From the NCBI GenBank assembly GCA_002104905.1, contig MCFE01000105.1, positions 62,001 to 126,000 of the forward strand: DNA of 64,000 nt, in the 5' to 3' direction. Positions 50,014-63,642 of the stretch are shown here, one piece after another. Numbering within the stretch: position 1 is the stretch's first letter; each line of letters starts with the position of its first letter. The translations under genes and the position numbers were made by a program. The notes under the pieces were generated by a model. The model was not told the origin of the DNA. It saw only the letters and a list, made by a program, of their open reading frames with translations, and did not search any database. The DNA is from Basidiobolus meristosporus CBS 931.73. Lineage: Eukaryota > Fungi > Basidiobolomycota.

Positions 50014-52945
50014 ATGGTACAAGGCCTCTTTGCAATTCTGTTATGGGCGCTGGGCTCCGTAGCGGTGATCGGACATAAGGTTAGGGTGAACACTGTGTGA
50101 TGCAATTGTCAGGGAATTGACCAGGGAATCGGCCCTTCGAAAGGTGGGGAACTTCGATCGCAGCGTATTGGAGGAGGAAGCATCGGCTATTCTCCAGGAC
50201 CTGGACCAGAGCTACAATCCTTGCGAGGACTTTTACAAATACAGCTGTAATAGTCGAAGTCTATATATAATAGGCTACCCCATGATCAAACCAACTAAAC
50301 CTTTTTGAATAGGTGGGGGCTGGCAAAAACGACACACCCGTTTGTCAGACATCAGTATCATGGGGTTGGTGAATGCTCAGAACCAGGTTAGTAATTAGAA
50401 ATCCTGATGCCGGATTTGGCCATGGCTAACTCGCCGTAGCTCTCCCTATTGGAGATCCTTGAAAACGAGCCTGAAATCCTGGCCACCTCCACTGAAGTGG
50501 ACCGAGAGATCTATAAGAAGGCCCGGGCCTTTTATCGTGCGTGCTTGGATGTCGAGAAGATTAATGCGTTTGGGGTCAAGCCATTGGTGCCTCTGCTCCA
50601 GCTCGTAGTTACCGAGTTCCCGGTTGACGAAGACGACCGGAGCATAGATTTCCGAAAGCTAAGCATTGCTCTGGGGAGAGTGAGTCAGCAGGGGATCTGG
50701 CATCTGTTTGGTGTGGATGTGGATGCGGACTCCAAGAGCCCATTGCAAAATGCAGTTTACCTTATGCAGCCGCATTTGGGACTGCCTAGTCTTGAGTATT
50801 ATTCAGAACCCCAGGTGCTCAAAATCTATCAGGTTGCCATGGTAGCAATCCTGTCACAGCTATCCAAAGACCTGCGAGCCTTGGGGCACAGCTTCGAGGT
50901 GTTCGCGGACTCCAACATAGCCAAGCTTTCTAAAGAAATCATCAAATTCGAGCAACTACTGTCCAAGTACATGGCAACAAAGTACGTACGGTATAGAGAT
51001 CCACTTGTATGTCTGATAGCTAAGCGTGTCTTAGGGAACAAATATCCAATCCTGCCCTGACGTACAACCCCTTCAACATCGACTCGCTCGCCCAACTCTC
51101 CCCCAAAATCGACTGGAGGTTGTTCTTCTCGACCATCAAAAAATCACTCAATCATACCGATGTAACCATCGGAGAATCCACGGTCCTGGTAGCTAAGGTT
51201 CCGGAATTCCTGCGCCATTTATCAAAGGATGTTTTGACATCATCCAGTCCCCAAGCTGTGCAGGGGTTTCTGATTTGGAGGATCATTACCAGGAACATTA
51301 ACTTTCTACCAGACTATTATCGCAAGCTGTTCTCGCTGATTCAGGGGAAAATATCAGGCGCTAAGGGAGCCGAGCCAAGGATGGAAATGTGCCTTGCACT
51401 AGCAGATGAAGCGATGGGCCCGATTTTGGGGAGATACTTCGTGTTGCAGCATTTTGGAGGTATTCATCTGTCAAGCAGCGTTTGGTTGAGTGAGCATTAG
51501 AGCTTTTTGTATCTTGCCAGGCAACAGCCAACAGCTAGCGAACAGGCTGATTTCTGATATCAAGAGGACCTTCAAAAATCGGTTATCTGGTATCAAGTGG
51601 CTTAACCAAGAAGGAAGGGATCGCGCCAGAGAGAAGGTCGGATCAATGCATAGCCATAGAGCTTCATGGCTAACTGGCAATTTTAGATTGACCACCTGGT
51701 CCAGAAAATCGGCTATTCACAGAAATCACCCGATACCATGTCCCCAGACTCGTTGAAAAAACACTATGAGCATCTGGAGGTTGATCCATATGACCATTTC
51801 GGGAATGCTCTACGCTATCGGGTGTGGACCTTCGAAAATCATTTTAATCGAATTGGAAAGCCGGTTGATAGGGAAGAGTGGAAAGATTCGCCCATCACTG
51901 TTAATGCTTTCTACGTAAGAAATCCGTGAAACGTCATATGTGTCTTGTGGATATTACTAACTGTATCCTCAGAATCATCGTAGAAACGAAATCGAGTTTC
52001 CCGCTGGTAATGGAATACTTGTGCAGAAGATCTGACCATGCTCCTAACAACTGTTGCAGGGATTTTGCAGAAACCGCTCTACGATGCTAATAGGCCTGAC
52101 TATCTGAACTACGGGGCTATTGGTTCTATAGTTGGTCATGAGCTTACGGTGGGAGTCATTCCCCTCCACTTCAGTAGCACAACGTTCTAATCGATTCATA
52201 CTGCTGTAGCATGGATATGACAACAAAGGCAGCATGTTTGATAAATTCGGGATGCAGCGTCAGGTAGGATCTCGTAGAGCTCTGTCAAGATGTAGCAGCT
52301 ACTAAGATTGTCAGTGGTGGGATGACGATACAATCAACGCATTTTCGGAAAAAACCCAATGCCTGGTTGACCAGTATTCCAAGCTTAAAGTTCGAATCAA
52401 TAAGAAAGATCATGCGATCAACCCGAAACTTACTCTAGGAGAAAACATAGCAGGTATTTCCTCATTGAACCACTAGATATGGTGTTTGTTTGGGACGAAT
52501 ATTAACCATATCTTAGATAATGCTGGGTAAGCCGGTTCTGCCTCATATGTGCTAAATAGATTGGATGTTTAATGTATATTCAGAGTAATCGAGGCTTACC
52601 ATGCATGGAAAAACTCCTCCTCGAGCCCCGAATCATTCACAGGGAACAATCCACAGTTGCCGGGCATGGAAAATACTACCGTTGAACAGCTGTTTTTCAT
52701 TTCTTATGCAAGGATGTGGTGTAGCAACATCCAGGATACCGCATCGCTGCATCGGGTAAGTCAATGCATACGATAAAATCCCCGAGAAACAATCCTGAAT
52801 TTGTCATTAGCTTCGTATAGATACCCATTCCCCAGACAATCATAGGGTGAATGGAGTGTTGCGGAACAACAGGGAGTTCGCCGAAGCATTCAAGTGTCCA
52901 TTAGGATCGCCCATGAATCCACCCAAAAAATGTACGATATGGTAG
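50014..52945 (+). CDS. M13-family (neprilysin/ECE-like) zinc metallopeptidase, probably secreted, multi-exon
   Basis: [10 protein letters not shown]|CGGW, VNAFY, GHELT|HGYD (HExxH), GENIA|[25 protein letters not shown]. Putative signal peptide [18 protein letters not shown]; start and first splice uncertain. Confidence 0.9.
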
Positions 52946-53344
52946 CCTGAGACGAAATCACTAGAATAATGTGACCAATACACTCGTCGTATTAGTATTC
53001 TTGTCGGCTGGCCGGGTGTTTCGGACCAGTACCGACATTGTGAATAAACTTGGTAATTTACCACATCCATAAATCGCACCCATACCCAAGAATTATTGTG
53101 TCGAAACGGTTATTTCTTGCGCAATTTTGACTCCCCTCATCCAATGGTGACCTGGGATCATATCAAACAGGGGCCTTGGTATTTTCAGCTGCTTTCGGTC
53201 CAATACACAGTCATATTGGATTATTAAGCAGCGTTTGATTACATTATCTATAACCGTAGATCCATGACTGAAGCAGCCTCTTTTCAGTAGTCTGCTCGTT
53301 TGATTCTTCTGAACTAGCTGCAAACTAAGCCATTTCTAGCACCT

Positions 53345-54872
53345 ATGAATTACGGGCAAGAATCGAACTGGGGAGGACTTCCCTTGGATATTTTGGCCAT
53401 GGTGATGCACCTGTTGCCTGATAACCAAGACGTCGCCAACTGTTGTTTGGTCAACACAGCTTGGTCTAAGGTAGCCAACCCTGTATTGTGGCGTCGCCCC
53501 AAGTTTAATAGTTTCTCAGCAGCCAAAGCCTTCCTGGAATTTGCCAAGAAATACCAGGAACCACCGCCAGGTAATTTCTTCAGTTTGGTCTACACCTTCC
53601 CGTGTGCTAATAAATCGCTACCTTTTTCTAGACTCGAAACTAAGACTCGTCCGAATCTTGGATTTAAGAAGATCATACAGCCTTGAGAAACTGCTGGACC
53701 GTTTCCCGAACATACAGTGTTTATACCTGCCTAGACGTCCACTCAACTTCTCCTATGAAACTCTCCATTTCCCTCAGCTAAAAAAAATCCGAAACGTTCG
53801 TTTAGACTTTGAAGATTGCGGATACTCCCAGCTGAGCCATATATTTCGCCAGTGCCCTTTGTTGGAGGAATTAAGTGTTGATATCAAGGAGAAACCGAAT
53901 CAAGGTTTGACGCTTCCTCTTCCGATTGCCAGCCGATTGACCTCTCTAAGTATCACCTGGGACGGATTTGAATATTGGGAGCGGATCGAGGAGAGAGCTC
54001 CATTGATCATAGACTTTATAAGGGCTATACTGAAAGCCCTGGTGTTACCAATGAAACATTTCAGCCTCAAGCTTGAGCATCCGGTATACTCGGACCCTAA
54101 TCAACCCGAGAAAGGGCATTTCCTCCAGTTGGTTGATGGTCCTTGGTCGGAATTGCGGAGCCTTGAGTTGGACGGAGTCGAACTAGACGCTCTGACCCTA
54201 CCGCATCTAACCCAAGTACTTCCCACCGATTTGACCTCACTCAAATTGGCTCAGTTCTACCCTCCAAAGCAACCAGTAAGCCTGGCTCCTTGGGAGCAGC
54301 TTATAGCAAAATGCGGCAAGTCGTTGACCTCGCTATATCTTATCAACGACCAGCTACCGGAACATATCGAGCGAGCGATCGGAGACTCCTGCCCACAGCT
54401 TCGAAATCTGATATTGATGGGATCCAACCTGAATGATCACTGCGTGAGTTATATAATAGAGAAGGCTGCTAAATCACTGGAATATATGGAGATCGAGGCG
54501 GTCCTCACTTCGCGCACTCTGGAGACCATCTTTCACTACTGCCAATTAAAGGTGCTGAACCTGGAGTCCTTCGACCCTGACACTCGACCCACATACACCA
54601 TGCCTCCGAAGGAGTTCTTCTCCCAGCTGGAAAACCTTTCACTCTATGGATTTCGCGTCCAGACACCGCTGTTGGAAGGGATTCTGCAGTACGGAAAGAG
54701 GATCACCAAGCTCGTGATTAAAGATCACGAAACGCTGGAGGTGTCCAAGCTAAAGACGGTCGTGGAGGGGCTACCGCGTCTAAAGGAATTCGAGTTTTGT
54801 CAGCCGCTGCTCCACCTGGACGGACGTACCGAGATTATGGATCTCATGGAGCAGTTCTCTAACCAAACTTAG
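53345..54872 (+). CDS. F-box / leucine-rich-repeat (RNI-like) protein, 2 exons
   Basis: F-box LPLDILAMVMHLL..CCLVNTAWSKVANPVLW; LxxLxL repeats; intron near 53570-53630. Confidence 0.88.
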
Positions 54873-56086
54873 ACTCAGAGGATGTATTGGACAGCCTCAA
54901 AAATCCAACTAGAACGAAGAATCCATTTACATATGTATATCAATGAAACACATCTGTTCATACCAGTGTCATCGTCATTGCCTTGAATTTTCCAATTTCC
55001 CAATCCGTTATGATTGTTAATCCAAAAGGTCAACCCTCTGGGATCACATGATATAAATATTAAAATTCCTCTGGACATGGCTCACCTGTCTACAACCACT
55101 TTGTCACAATGTCAATTACAGAGGAAGTACTTCAACAAGCTTTGCTAGAGAGACTCGAGGCGGAATACGTCGTACGTTAAGCTTACCGATCATGTTCTTG
55201 GAAGATGCGTTAATCCTGATTTTTGTGTTTCCTTTGATTTCAAATAGGACGTCGTCGACATCTCTGGTAGGTTCCTATAATAAGAGCGTTTTTTGCGCTC
55301 CGTATCACTCATATATTTGCAAGGCGGTTGCGGACAGAGCTTCGAAGTTGTGATAGTCTCCTCCAAATTCGAGGGCAAGCCACCTCTACAACGTCACAGG
55401 TGACTGATTTGTTTCGCAACGACCAACCACTATATATACGACCTGGGACTAAACCTAACCCATAGGCTAGTTAACGAAGCCATCAAAGAAGAGATCAGCC
55501 AAGTGCATGCCATCACTCAAGTAACCAGCTCCCTACCTCCTTTTGAGTAGCCATGTATCTCTCTAACACCTCGAACTCCTTCTAGAAAACCTACACCCCT
55601 GCACAATGGGCAAAGATTCAACAACAGCAGTAATGTACGGTCAATATGACCAATGGGACAGCGGTCGGTTACCATAATTCCGATTGATAGATGTGTCTTG
55701 TAATACCTGCGCTTTTGTTTATCATTAAAAGAGTGTTTTTACTGGTACTTCAGGCTGAAATTATGCTTATTCGATTCATGTGCGGTATATATTTACAAGT
55801 CCTTGTTTGTACAGTGGGGCCTGTTGGGAAGACCAAGCAATCACAACAAATCAGAGGTATAAGCTTCAATAAGCACAGCGAACCTCCAAAAACACGTCAG
55901 TAAACGGAATCCCACAGATGTAGAAGCAGTCGCAAAAAGCATATTCCTATCAGAAACTTTTTATTCACATTATGTCTAGATAGAGAAAGTGGGTCGAACA
56001 GCTCAAAACCTATTCAACATGAGATAAGGAATTAAAGATACAGAGAATTTTGTGACAGTAAGGAAGCAAATAGGGAGTGGACTAGT

Positions 56087-56797
56087 TTATTCCTCCTTCT
56101 TCTCTTCCTCAGCAGCCTCCTCCTTCTCCTCAGCCTTCTCCTCCTCCTCTTCTTCGTCATCAGAATCCTCCTTTTGAAGGGAGGCGTTGATCTTTTGAAC
56201 TTCCTCGAACTTGTCCTTGAAGAGGTTGGCGTTTTCGGAGTTGGCGAAACGAATAGCCAAAGTCTCAGCGGTTGGCTCACCGTCGGCGATATCGGCGGTG
56301 GTGTTCCAGACCCAAGAACGGTCAGAGCCAACGTTAGGGGTAAGAGCCATATCGGAGGTGACGTAGTGGTTGGCGCAGACCTTGTGGGTTTGGTCACGAC
56401 GCATGACAAGACGGACCTTGCCAGAGACCTTGTGCTTCAAGAAGCGGACATCACCGGTACCACGTTCCTTCCATTCCTTCAATTCTTTATCGAAACGGAA
56501 GAGCTTGGCACGCCTTTGAAAACAGACCAGATGAGAAAGGAGGACAAAAATAAGAGTGCTGGGAGAGTTTGGGACTTACATCTTGAAAAGAGACTCCTCA
56601 TCCTCTTCGAGGGTCTTGACCTCGACCTCATCAAGCTTGATAACGGGCTCGAAGTGAACTTCAGGGGAGTTCTCAACTTCCTCCTCCTTCTACATAGAAC
56701 AGATAGAAGGGTGGGTGAGATGCAACAACAGCTGACAAGGGGAAGCACTAGTTACCTTGACTTCGTCAACAACAGTCTTAGGTTCGGTATCGGCCAT
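56087..56797 (-). CDS. YRB1: Ran-binding protein 1 (RanBP1/Yrb1), 3 exons
   Basis: [21 protein letters not shown]|[38 protein letters not shown]; acidic tail. Confidence 0.96.
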
Positions 56798-57250
56798 GTT
56801 CAGTTTTCTTTGAGTTCACTAGGGAAGCAAAAACGATGGCATCTGGTACGTAATAGATGCTAGTTTTATCCCCAGGCCCATGCCCGAAAAAAATCACTGA
56901 CTCCCTGGGTCTAGCAACAAGAAATGCCAGCATGATCTTTTTTATTCTAGCTACTGAATTCGATTGTTATTCAAGGCTGGCATCCCAATTTAATCGTAAG
57001 CACTCTCAGCAACTTATTATGTATACATTGGATGGAAAAGATTCGATCAGCTTCTCTGGAGAATCACCAATAAGCTGAACGCAGCCAATTTATCAGATAA
57101 CCAACATGCCGTCTCAAGTGTAACAAAATATCCATGTATTACATCACCTGACCGAGGCCAACGAGTATGCCTCTCCATCGCATCTTGCTTATTATCTTGC
57201 TTACCGAGGCGATTGTGCGATTTTTTTTCCAGAGGGGGTTTTTTTCCATC

Positions 57251-57262
57251 GAGAAAATTTTT
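57251..57262. promoter_or_regulatory. RRPE-like AAAATTTT element in the YRB1-NOP1 bidirectional promoter
   Basis: GAGAAAATTTTT about 150 bp upstream of the NOP1 ATG; core matches the yeast RRPE but could simply be a poly-T nucleosome-free tract. Confidence 0.35.
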
Positions 57263-57407
57263 TTTTCTTTTTTTAGGATAGAAACCAGTGTTTCAACGCA
57301 AAAAGGAAAACTTCGTCAAGGAGAGCTTGATTCCTTTGGTATTTGAAACTTCCGAATACCTCCCTCTTCGTTTCTTCTTTTTGTAACGTACCTACTTTTC
57401 TTGAATC

Positions 57408-58404
57408 ATGGGTTTTGGTAATCGCGGTGGTGGTGGTGGTGGTCGTGGCGGCTTCGGCGGCGGTCGCGGCGGAGGTCGTGGTGGCGGCCGTGGTGGCTTC
57501 GGCGGCGGTGCTCGTGGTATGTTCTGCTTTACTTTTGCTTTGAAGATTCCAGCTAAATGATAATTCTCGTATAGGCGGCCGTGGCGGAATTCAAAAGCGT
57601 GGTGGAGGTCGCGGTGGAGCCCGTGGTGGTGCTCGTGGTGGCGCTCGCGGTGGAGGCCGTGGTGGCAGGGGTGGAGCCCGTGGAGGAGCCAAGGTTGTCG
57701 TTGAGCCCCACAGACACGAGGGAGTTTTCGTCGCTCGTGGTAAAGAGGATTTGCTCGTCACCAAGAATCTCGTCCCCGGTGAGGCTGTTTACGGCGAAAA
57801 GAGAGTCGCTGTTGAAGGGCCTGATGGCACTAAAGTCGAGTACCGTGTGTGGAATCCTTTCCGCTCCAAGTTGGCTGCCGGTATTTTGGGAGGTGTTGAT
57901 CATGTTCATATTGCTCCTGGCAAGAAGGTTCTTTACCTCGGTGGTGCTTCTGGAACCACTGTTTCCCATGTCGCTGATATTGTTGGACCTGAGGGTGTTG
58001 TCTACGCCGTCGAATTCTCTCATCGTCCCGGCCGTGAGCTTATCAACATGGCCAAGAAGCGTACCAACGTAGTCCCTATTGTTGAAGATGCTCGTCACCC
58101 CCACAAGTACCGCATGTTCGTTGGTATGGTAGATGTGATCTTTGCTGATGTTGCTCAGCCTGATCAAGCTAGAATCATCGCTTTGAACGCTCACAACTTC
58201 TTGAAGAATGGTGGACATATCGTCATCTCCATTAAGGCTAACTGTATCGACTCGACTGTTGACGCCGCTAAGGTCTTCGCCTCCGAAGTCAAGAAGCTTC
58301 AGCAAGAGCGCATCAAGCCCCAGGAACAGTTGACCTTGGAGCCTTATGAACGTGACCACGCTCTTGTCGTTGGTGTGTACAGACCTCTTGCAAAGAAGAA
58401 CTAG
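57408..58404 (+). CDS. NOP1: Fibrillarin, rRNA 2'-O-methyltransferase, 2 exons
   Basis: GAR (RGG) N-terminus, [56 protein letters not shown]. Confidence 0.98.
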
Positions 58405-58796
58405 ATATTCTCCAGCCATTATTTTAGACTTTCATGGCTGCTTTATACATTTCTATTGTTTTTCTCCTCTTACCTAATGTATCAAACACTTCCCACCTAC
58501 GTTATATTTCGATGTTTTTTAAATGATAAATTACAAAATAAATATCTTCAATATATCCACCACGACTCATGTTTACTCTCCCTAAAAAAAAGATTTCACC
58601 GGCTCACGGTTAGGCCATTCCTGTGAGATTTACATGCTTGTAGAGGTCGAGAAATTTTCGATGCATTAATTTTCAATCCAAATATGGGCCAATCAGAGCT
58701 ATACACACTCGACAAGTGTCAAGACTGGTTTGATTAGAAAGCTGTACTTCGCTGAGCTTTGTATAGCTTTGCTGGAACTTGTTCTGTTAGGCTACC

Positions 58797-59613
58797 ATGG
58801 CGTTCACGAATATGCTGAAAATTTGTGCACTATTGCTTCTTTCTTTCACAGTGGTGCTCGGTCACCGTATTAATGTCGAGCCACGTACAAGTGAATGCTT
58901 CTATGAGGAAGTTAAGAAAGGTGATTCATTCGTTGTGAACTATGAAGTATCCGACTACTCCGGCGGTATCGACTTTCGTGTAAGAAGCTTTCGCTTATAT
59001 CTCGAGTATCGAGGCCTATGGATAAATTTTACTGAACTGGATACTCTATTACTCTCCAGGTCACCGATAATACTGGTCGTACTATTCATTGGAAGTCAGG
59101 ACTCCTTGACGATTTCTTCACTGTTGTTGCCGCTACCGACGATGTATACACATACTGCTTTATCAACGAAGATGGAAAGAACGAAGTAAGGGCAATTCTC
59201 TGGAATGTCCACGAGAACTCTAGAACCATTCAATCTGACGACGAAAGCACCGGTAAGGTCTGCCTTCGAATTTGAATATATTCTCTTACTTAGCCTAGCA
59301 TATTAGAACATGCCGAGATCACACCGATTGAAGACGAAATAGTGAAGCTTCGTGATGGTATTTACATTGTTAAATTCGAGCATGAGTACATTGTCAACCG
59401 TGAGCGTACCCATCGCAACAGTAAGTTCTCTCTTTGACAGTGAAGGTTGCTTCGTGCTTTTAGTAATGCTTTGAAAATGTAGCTTGTGAGAGCACCAATG
59501 CTCGTGTCAAGTGGTGGTCCTTCTTCCAAACCGGCTTGTTGATCGCCGCCTGCGCTTTCCAAGTCATTTACTTGAAGCGTTTCTTCGAAGCGAAGCGTAA
59601 AACTCGTATCTAA
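58797..59613 (+). CDS. EMP24: p24/GOLD cargo receptor (Emp24-like), multi-exon
   Basis: Signal peptide, ECFYEEV, RERTHRN|TCESTNARVKWWSFFQ, TM helix, FFEAKRK tail. Confidence 0.9.
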
Positions 59614-59798
59614 AAAAGATTCAAGGGGTGTTTCAAACTTATTAGTTACTCGTTGTCATGTGGCCAGATCAGCCTTTCCATAGCATGACAACAACAAGTA
59701 ATAGCCTAATGATTGTTTTTGTTCAATAAATCACGTGGAAGCTGTTCGAGTGATTCAGCAGTATATGGAGCTGACATTTATTCTACACATTAAGGGTC

Positions 59799-59831
59799 GA
59801 GGCAGAGGCAGAGGCAGAGGTTGAGGCAGAG
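59799..59831. repeat. (GAGGCA)n microsatellite between converging 3' ends
   Basis: Read directly. Confidence 0.75.
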
Positions 59832-59999
59832 ATGCCCTTCCAATCAAAATCAGAGGGTGAAGTATCTAGGGTGTGACGGGTGTACGATGAATAAAGCAAA
59901 ATGCGAAATTAATATTAGAGCTTTTGAATACGACTATGATGACACGAAGGAAGGACAAGAGGGCAGGTCAATGATGATTTGTATGGGAAATGAACCAGT

Positions 60000-62036
60000 C
60001 TAAGCATCTTCACTAGATTCCGACGAAGACTCGTAATAATTGATGGTACGCTGAGCTAGAGCGTAGTGGGTGAAGTTTTTCCCGCCACTCCGACGCCGCG
60101 ATGGTGAAACATCCTCACTTGGGAAGTCCTCGCCTTTGGAAGCTGACGGGGTTTTGTGGTTTCTCTTGGGAGCAGTTTTGGACTCTTGAATCAGATGTTA
60201 ATGGATGTTTGTTACGGAATCATCAAGCAATGAGATATTTACCATATGAGGCTGGCTTGGCGGCTTTACGAGCTGGTGGTTTACGAAGTGACTCAGATTT
60301 GGTTGTCGGCTTGTGCTTGGTATATTCCGATGACGACTTCGGATTACACATAAGCGGAAGTCTCTTTTTAGGGAGCTCGACAACTAACTATGGTTTAATC
60401 GATTGCTTGGCGAAGTGTTTCCGAAATCAAAACATACCAATGCGGCGCCTCTTCACATTATCGGCGCAGGATTCATCGCAGAACCAGGAACCAGATCCTA
60501 GGACTGTCGTATCGAAATGTAAGTGACCGAAAACCAAGAACACATCCAAGCAAAGACCTTACCGATTTCATCAGAGATCCCATCTGGGAAGCATTGCTGG
60601 TGGAAGGCTTTTGGGCAGCCTTCGCACATGACCAAGAGATTTCCTGCATGCGATTCCTGCTTTTGGCACACTGTGCAGACTATGCACGTTTGCGGTGGTT
60701 AGCGGTTTGATTGGTAAATCCATACTTATTGAAAAACTTACAGTGCTGAAGAACAGGACGGACACGCTCCTCGATGGACTCGTTCACATAGGCAGTCAGG
60801 TTCAGCCGAGGCAATTTGCAAGCAAAGCCGTAGCCCTTGTAGTCACAGCCGTGTTTGCTAGAATCAAAATCCTTGGTTAGATTTGGATGAGTGTGGCTAT
60901 TCTAAAATTGAAACTAACTTGCAAAGCGTGCGCTTGCCCCATGGGCCCGGTCTCCAGTTTACGCCCTCAGTTGTGCCGCAATAGCGGCACCAGTCTACGT
61001 GAGCCTCAGATAACGTTTCGAAGATGGTTGGGGATGAGGTTGTGCGCGGCGGGACTTCCTCTGCTTCACTAACTTCGTCCTCGTCACACTTCAACACCTC
61101 GTCTTCTTCGTCAGAGTATTCGTTGCAAGGATCCACTGCTACGTTCTCAATAGACAGTGCAGCGTCAGGGTGCGCTCGCTTAGCAAGCTTTTTTGGAGTT
61201 GGAGTGGTCTCCGGTGAGGAACAGATCAGTGGGCGCTTCTTTTGGTTTGCAGAGGGCTTATAATGGAAGTCCTCCGAATTGTCATCGATATCGAGCTGAT
61301 CAGCTGTGGTAGCAGGTGACGAGGGACTGGATGAGAGACTGGCCAACTCATAATCGTCCTTCTGCTCCGTGGCAGATACCAATTGAGGAGAATGCACAGA
61401 TGCAGTCTCCGACGATTCGGTATCAGAACTCCCAAAAGTAGACTGATCCGAGGAAAAATCAGGATCGAGATCAAACCCAAATAGGTTCTCACCTTCATCA
61501 ATCAGAAAGTCGGTTGGCGATAATGTAGGTGAGCTGGTATCCGCCCATCTAGAAGGAGCATCATATTTCATAAGATCGAGGTCATCAGCCTCGCATTTCT
61601 CGGGAGACGGAACGGAAAAGAACACGTCTTTGAGTAGGGTTGACTGCAATGGATTGGTATCCAGATTGATCAAACAATTGTCACTTTGTTGCGGCATTTT
61701 CATTTTTTGATTGCTCTTCTGGGAGATACTTAGAAACACATATTTGCAAGGCGTGCACAGCTCATGAACGAGGTTTGGGTTGGTGTAACGGGAGTTGAGG
61801 TTGCTTATATGCTTCAACAGCCTTGTCTTGCATTGAAAGCAGGCGTACTGAAGCACACGAAGGTCAAACGGTGCTGAGACACTGCCGTTGTAGAAGAGTT
61901 GCTCTATTGAGTTGGTGAGTAGGTTGCGGGGGCTCTCCGCAATAGCGGTGTATGGGTTTGGCGAGGCTTTTGAGGGAGCAGTGTTTGAGAGGCCTGGTTG
62001 GCCTGCTGCTGTCACTTGGTGACTTTTAGAAAACAT
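60000..62036 (-). CDS. GATA-like zinc finger plus PHD finger protein, multi-exon
   Basis: WCRYCGTTEGVNWRPGPWGKRTLC|NKHGC across a GT-AG intron, then CTVCQKQESHAGNLLVMCEGCPKAFHQQC..WFCDESC; acidic middle; stop at 60000-60002. Confidence 0.88.
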
Positions 62037-63642
62037 TGGAATTCGTTGAGATAGCCTTTACACTAACTATAAGGCAAACAAGCAGTGAGACACATATACC
62101 AATTAACCTCAAAGGCCTGACTGAATCCTACCGTGCAAGAGAAGCCGTTGAATGACTGAAAGAAGACTTTGGTATGATACACAAAACTCTAGAAGGTTTC
62201 TATGTACCGCTTTGATATTATGCTGGATAATAAGAAAGCAACTAGTAAAAATTGACCAAATTGAAAGTCAAAGTCAATACAGGATATAAGGCAAGGAGAG
62301 CCAGATGGTAGAAAATTAGCCAAGATATGTTGATGAAAGCCAAGAGGCTGGAGTCCATGGGAGACTCGGCGTCATGCCCAATTATTGTGAGAGAGCACCG
62401 AAGAAGTACTGTACCCCCCTTTCACCCCCAATTTGGATAACTCAGCTTCATCGAGTAGCACTAAATAATTTATTGAATACTTGCATATAATGTATGTATT
62501 TTGTGATTGCAGGCATTTATTTGATTTATTTATTAGAGTGTATTGCAATCAGAATATCGGCTATTACTTGGATGCCAATATAACTCTCTTAAGAGCTCAG
62601 GGTTGGCTCATTTCGCTTGACGTGAAGTACATCAATGTATAGTCTTCTCACTGCGAAGATTACATGAGTGTAGTGCCTTTGGGATCTGGCCAGCGACCGA
62701 TTACATCACGCTGTCTTTACGGAGAATCATGGAATTCTTGCAACCAAGTTTATTCATTGTTTGTGATACTAGATATGGCTCATTGAAACAATGCCAAAAT
62801 CCTACAATATCATTATCAACAGGCTGAACGGCAATTGGCCTATAGATATATTGATAGTGGGAAGTCCACCCAGCAAGCACCCATCTTTGATTCCACTAAT
62901 TTCATATTAATATCCGACATTTCCGTAGTGACAGGTTGATAATGGCTTTTTGGACATTGCACTATACAGAATGTTGTGAGTGCCTTGGGACGTATTAGGA
63001 AATCCTCAATTTCTGACCAATACTGGAGTGTAACGTCAAGATTGATGATGAAGCTACTGGCCAGGTTTAAGTTGAATCAAATGATTAGTTACACACCACA
63101 TATATAATCCTCGCCTCATTCAATCTCAATAGAGTCTAGTTGGCATTGAAGCATCTCTTGAAATCATGTGAGGTGCGTCATTCAGATTAGCTTTAGGGTC
63201 ACAGAATACATTGCATATTTCCCGAGTCACGGAACTGAGTAACCATGCTTTCTTTTATATCAGAGAAGGAAAAATGTTCTTGTTTTCTCGAAGTAGTATA
63301 AGTGTTCTCGTTTTATTTTGTTGCTGTGATGGATATTGTGCATTGTTGCTAGTTGTGGTGAAGACCCTTTTCAATGCACAGGCACTTGAAACCTGATCTC
63401 AACTGGTCATGTCCAGAAATCTAGTGTCCTAAGCGATGAGGTGAAACTTGTGAAAGATAGTTTAGCATTTAGGTTAAAATATCCAACCATCATTAAAATA
63501 GTTGCGAAGTTTAATCAACAAGTCTCCGTAGTTTGGCCAATCGTCGGAGGTGATAATAGAAAACAAATAACATTCCTATAAACAGTCATCTCGCTAGTAG
63601 GCATTAGCAAGAGTTACTCGTAAAAATTGCTACACTTGAAGT

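Noticed and set aside
58686-58720. CCAAT box as an ER-stress element upstream of EMP24
   Set aside because: The CCACG half-site is missing at the required 9-bp spacing.
35551-61501. Long antisense or alternate-frame ORFs (e.g. 40143-40604, 46143-46894, 56174-56863, 57553-58419)
   Set aside because: They overlap well-supported genes and are explained by codon bias or low complexity of the true frame.
63433-63440. Exact PAC motif GCGATGAG
   Set aside because: Lies within probable DPB2 5' coding or intron sequence with no accompanying RRPE; likely chance.
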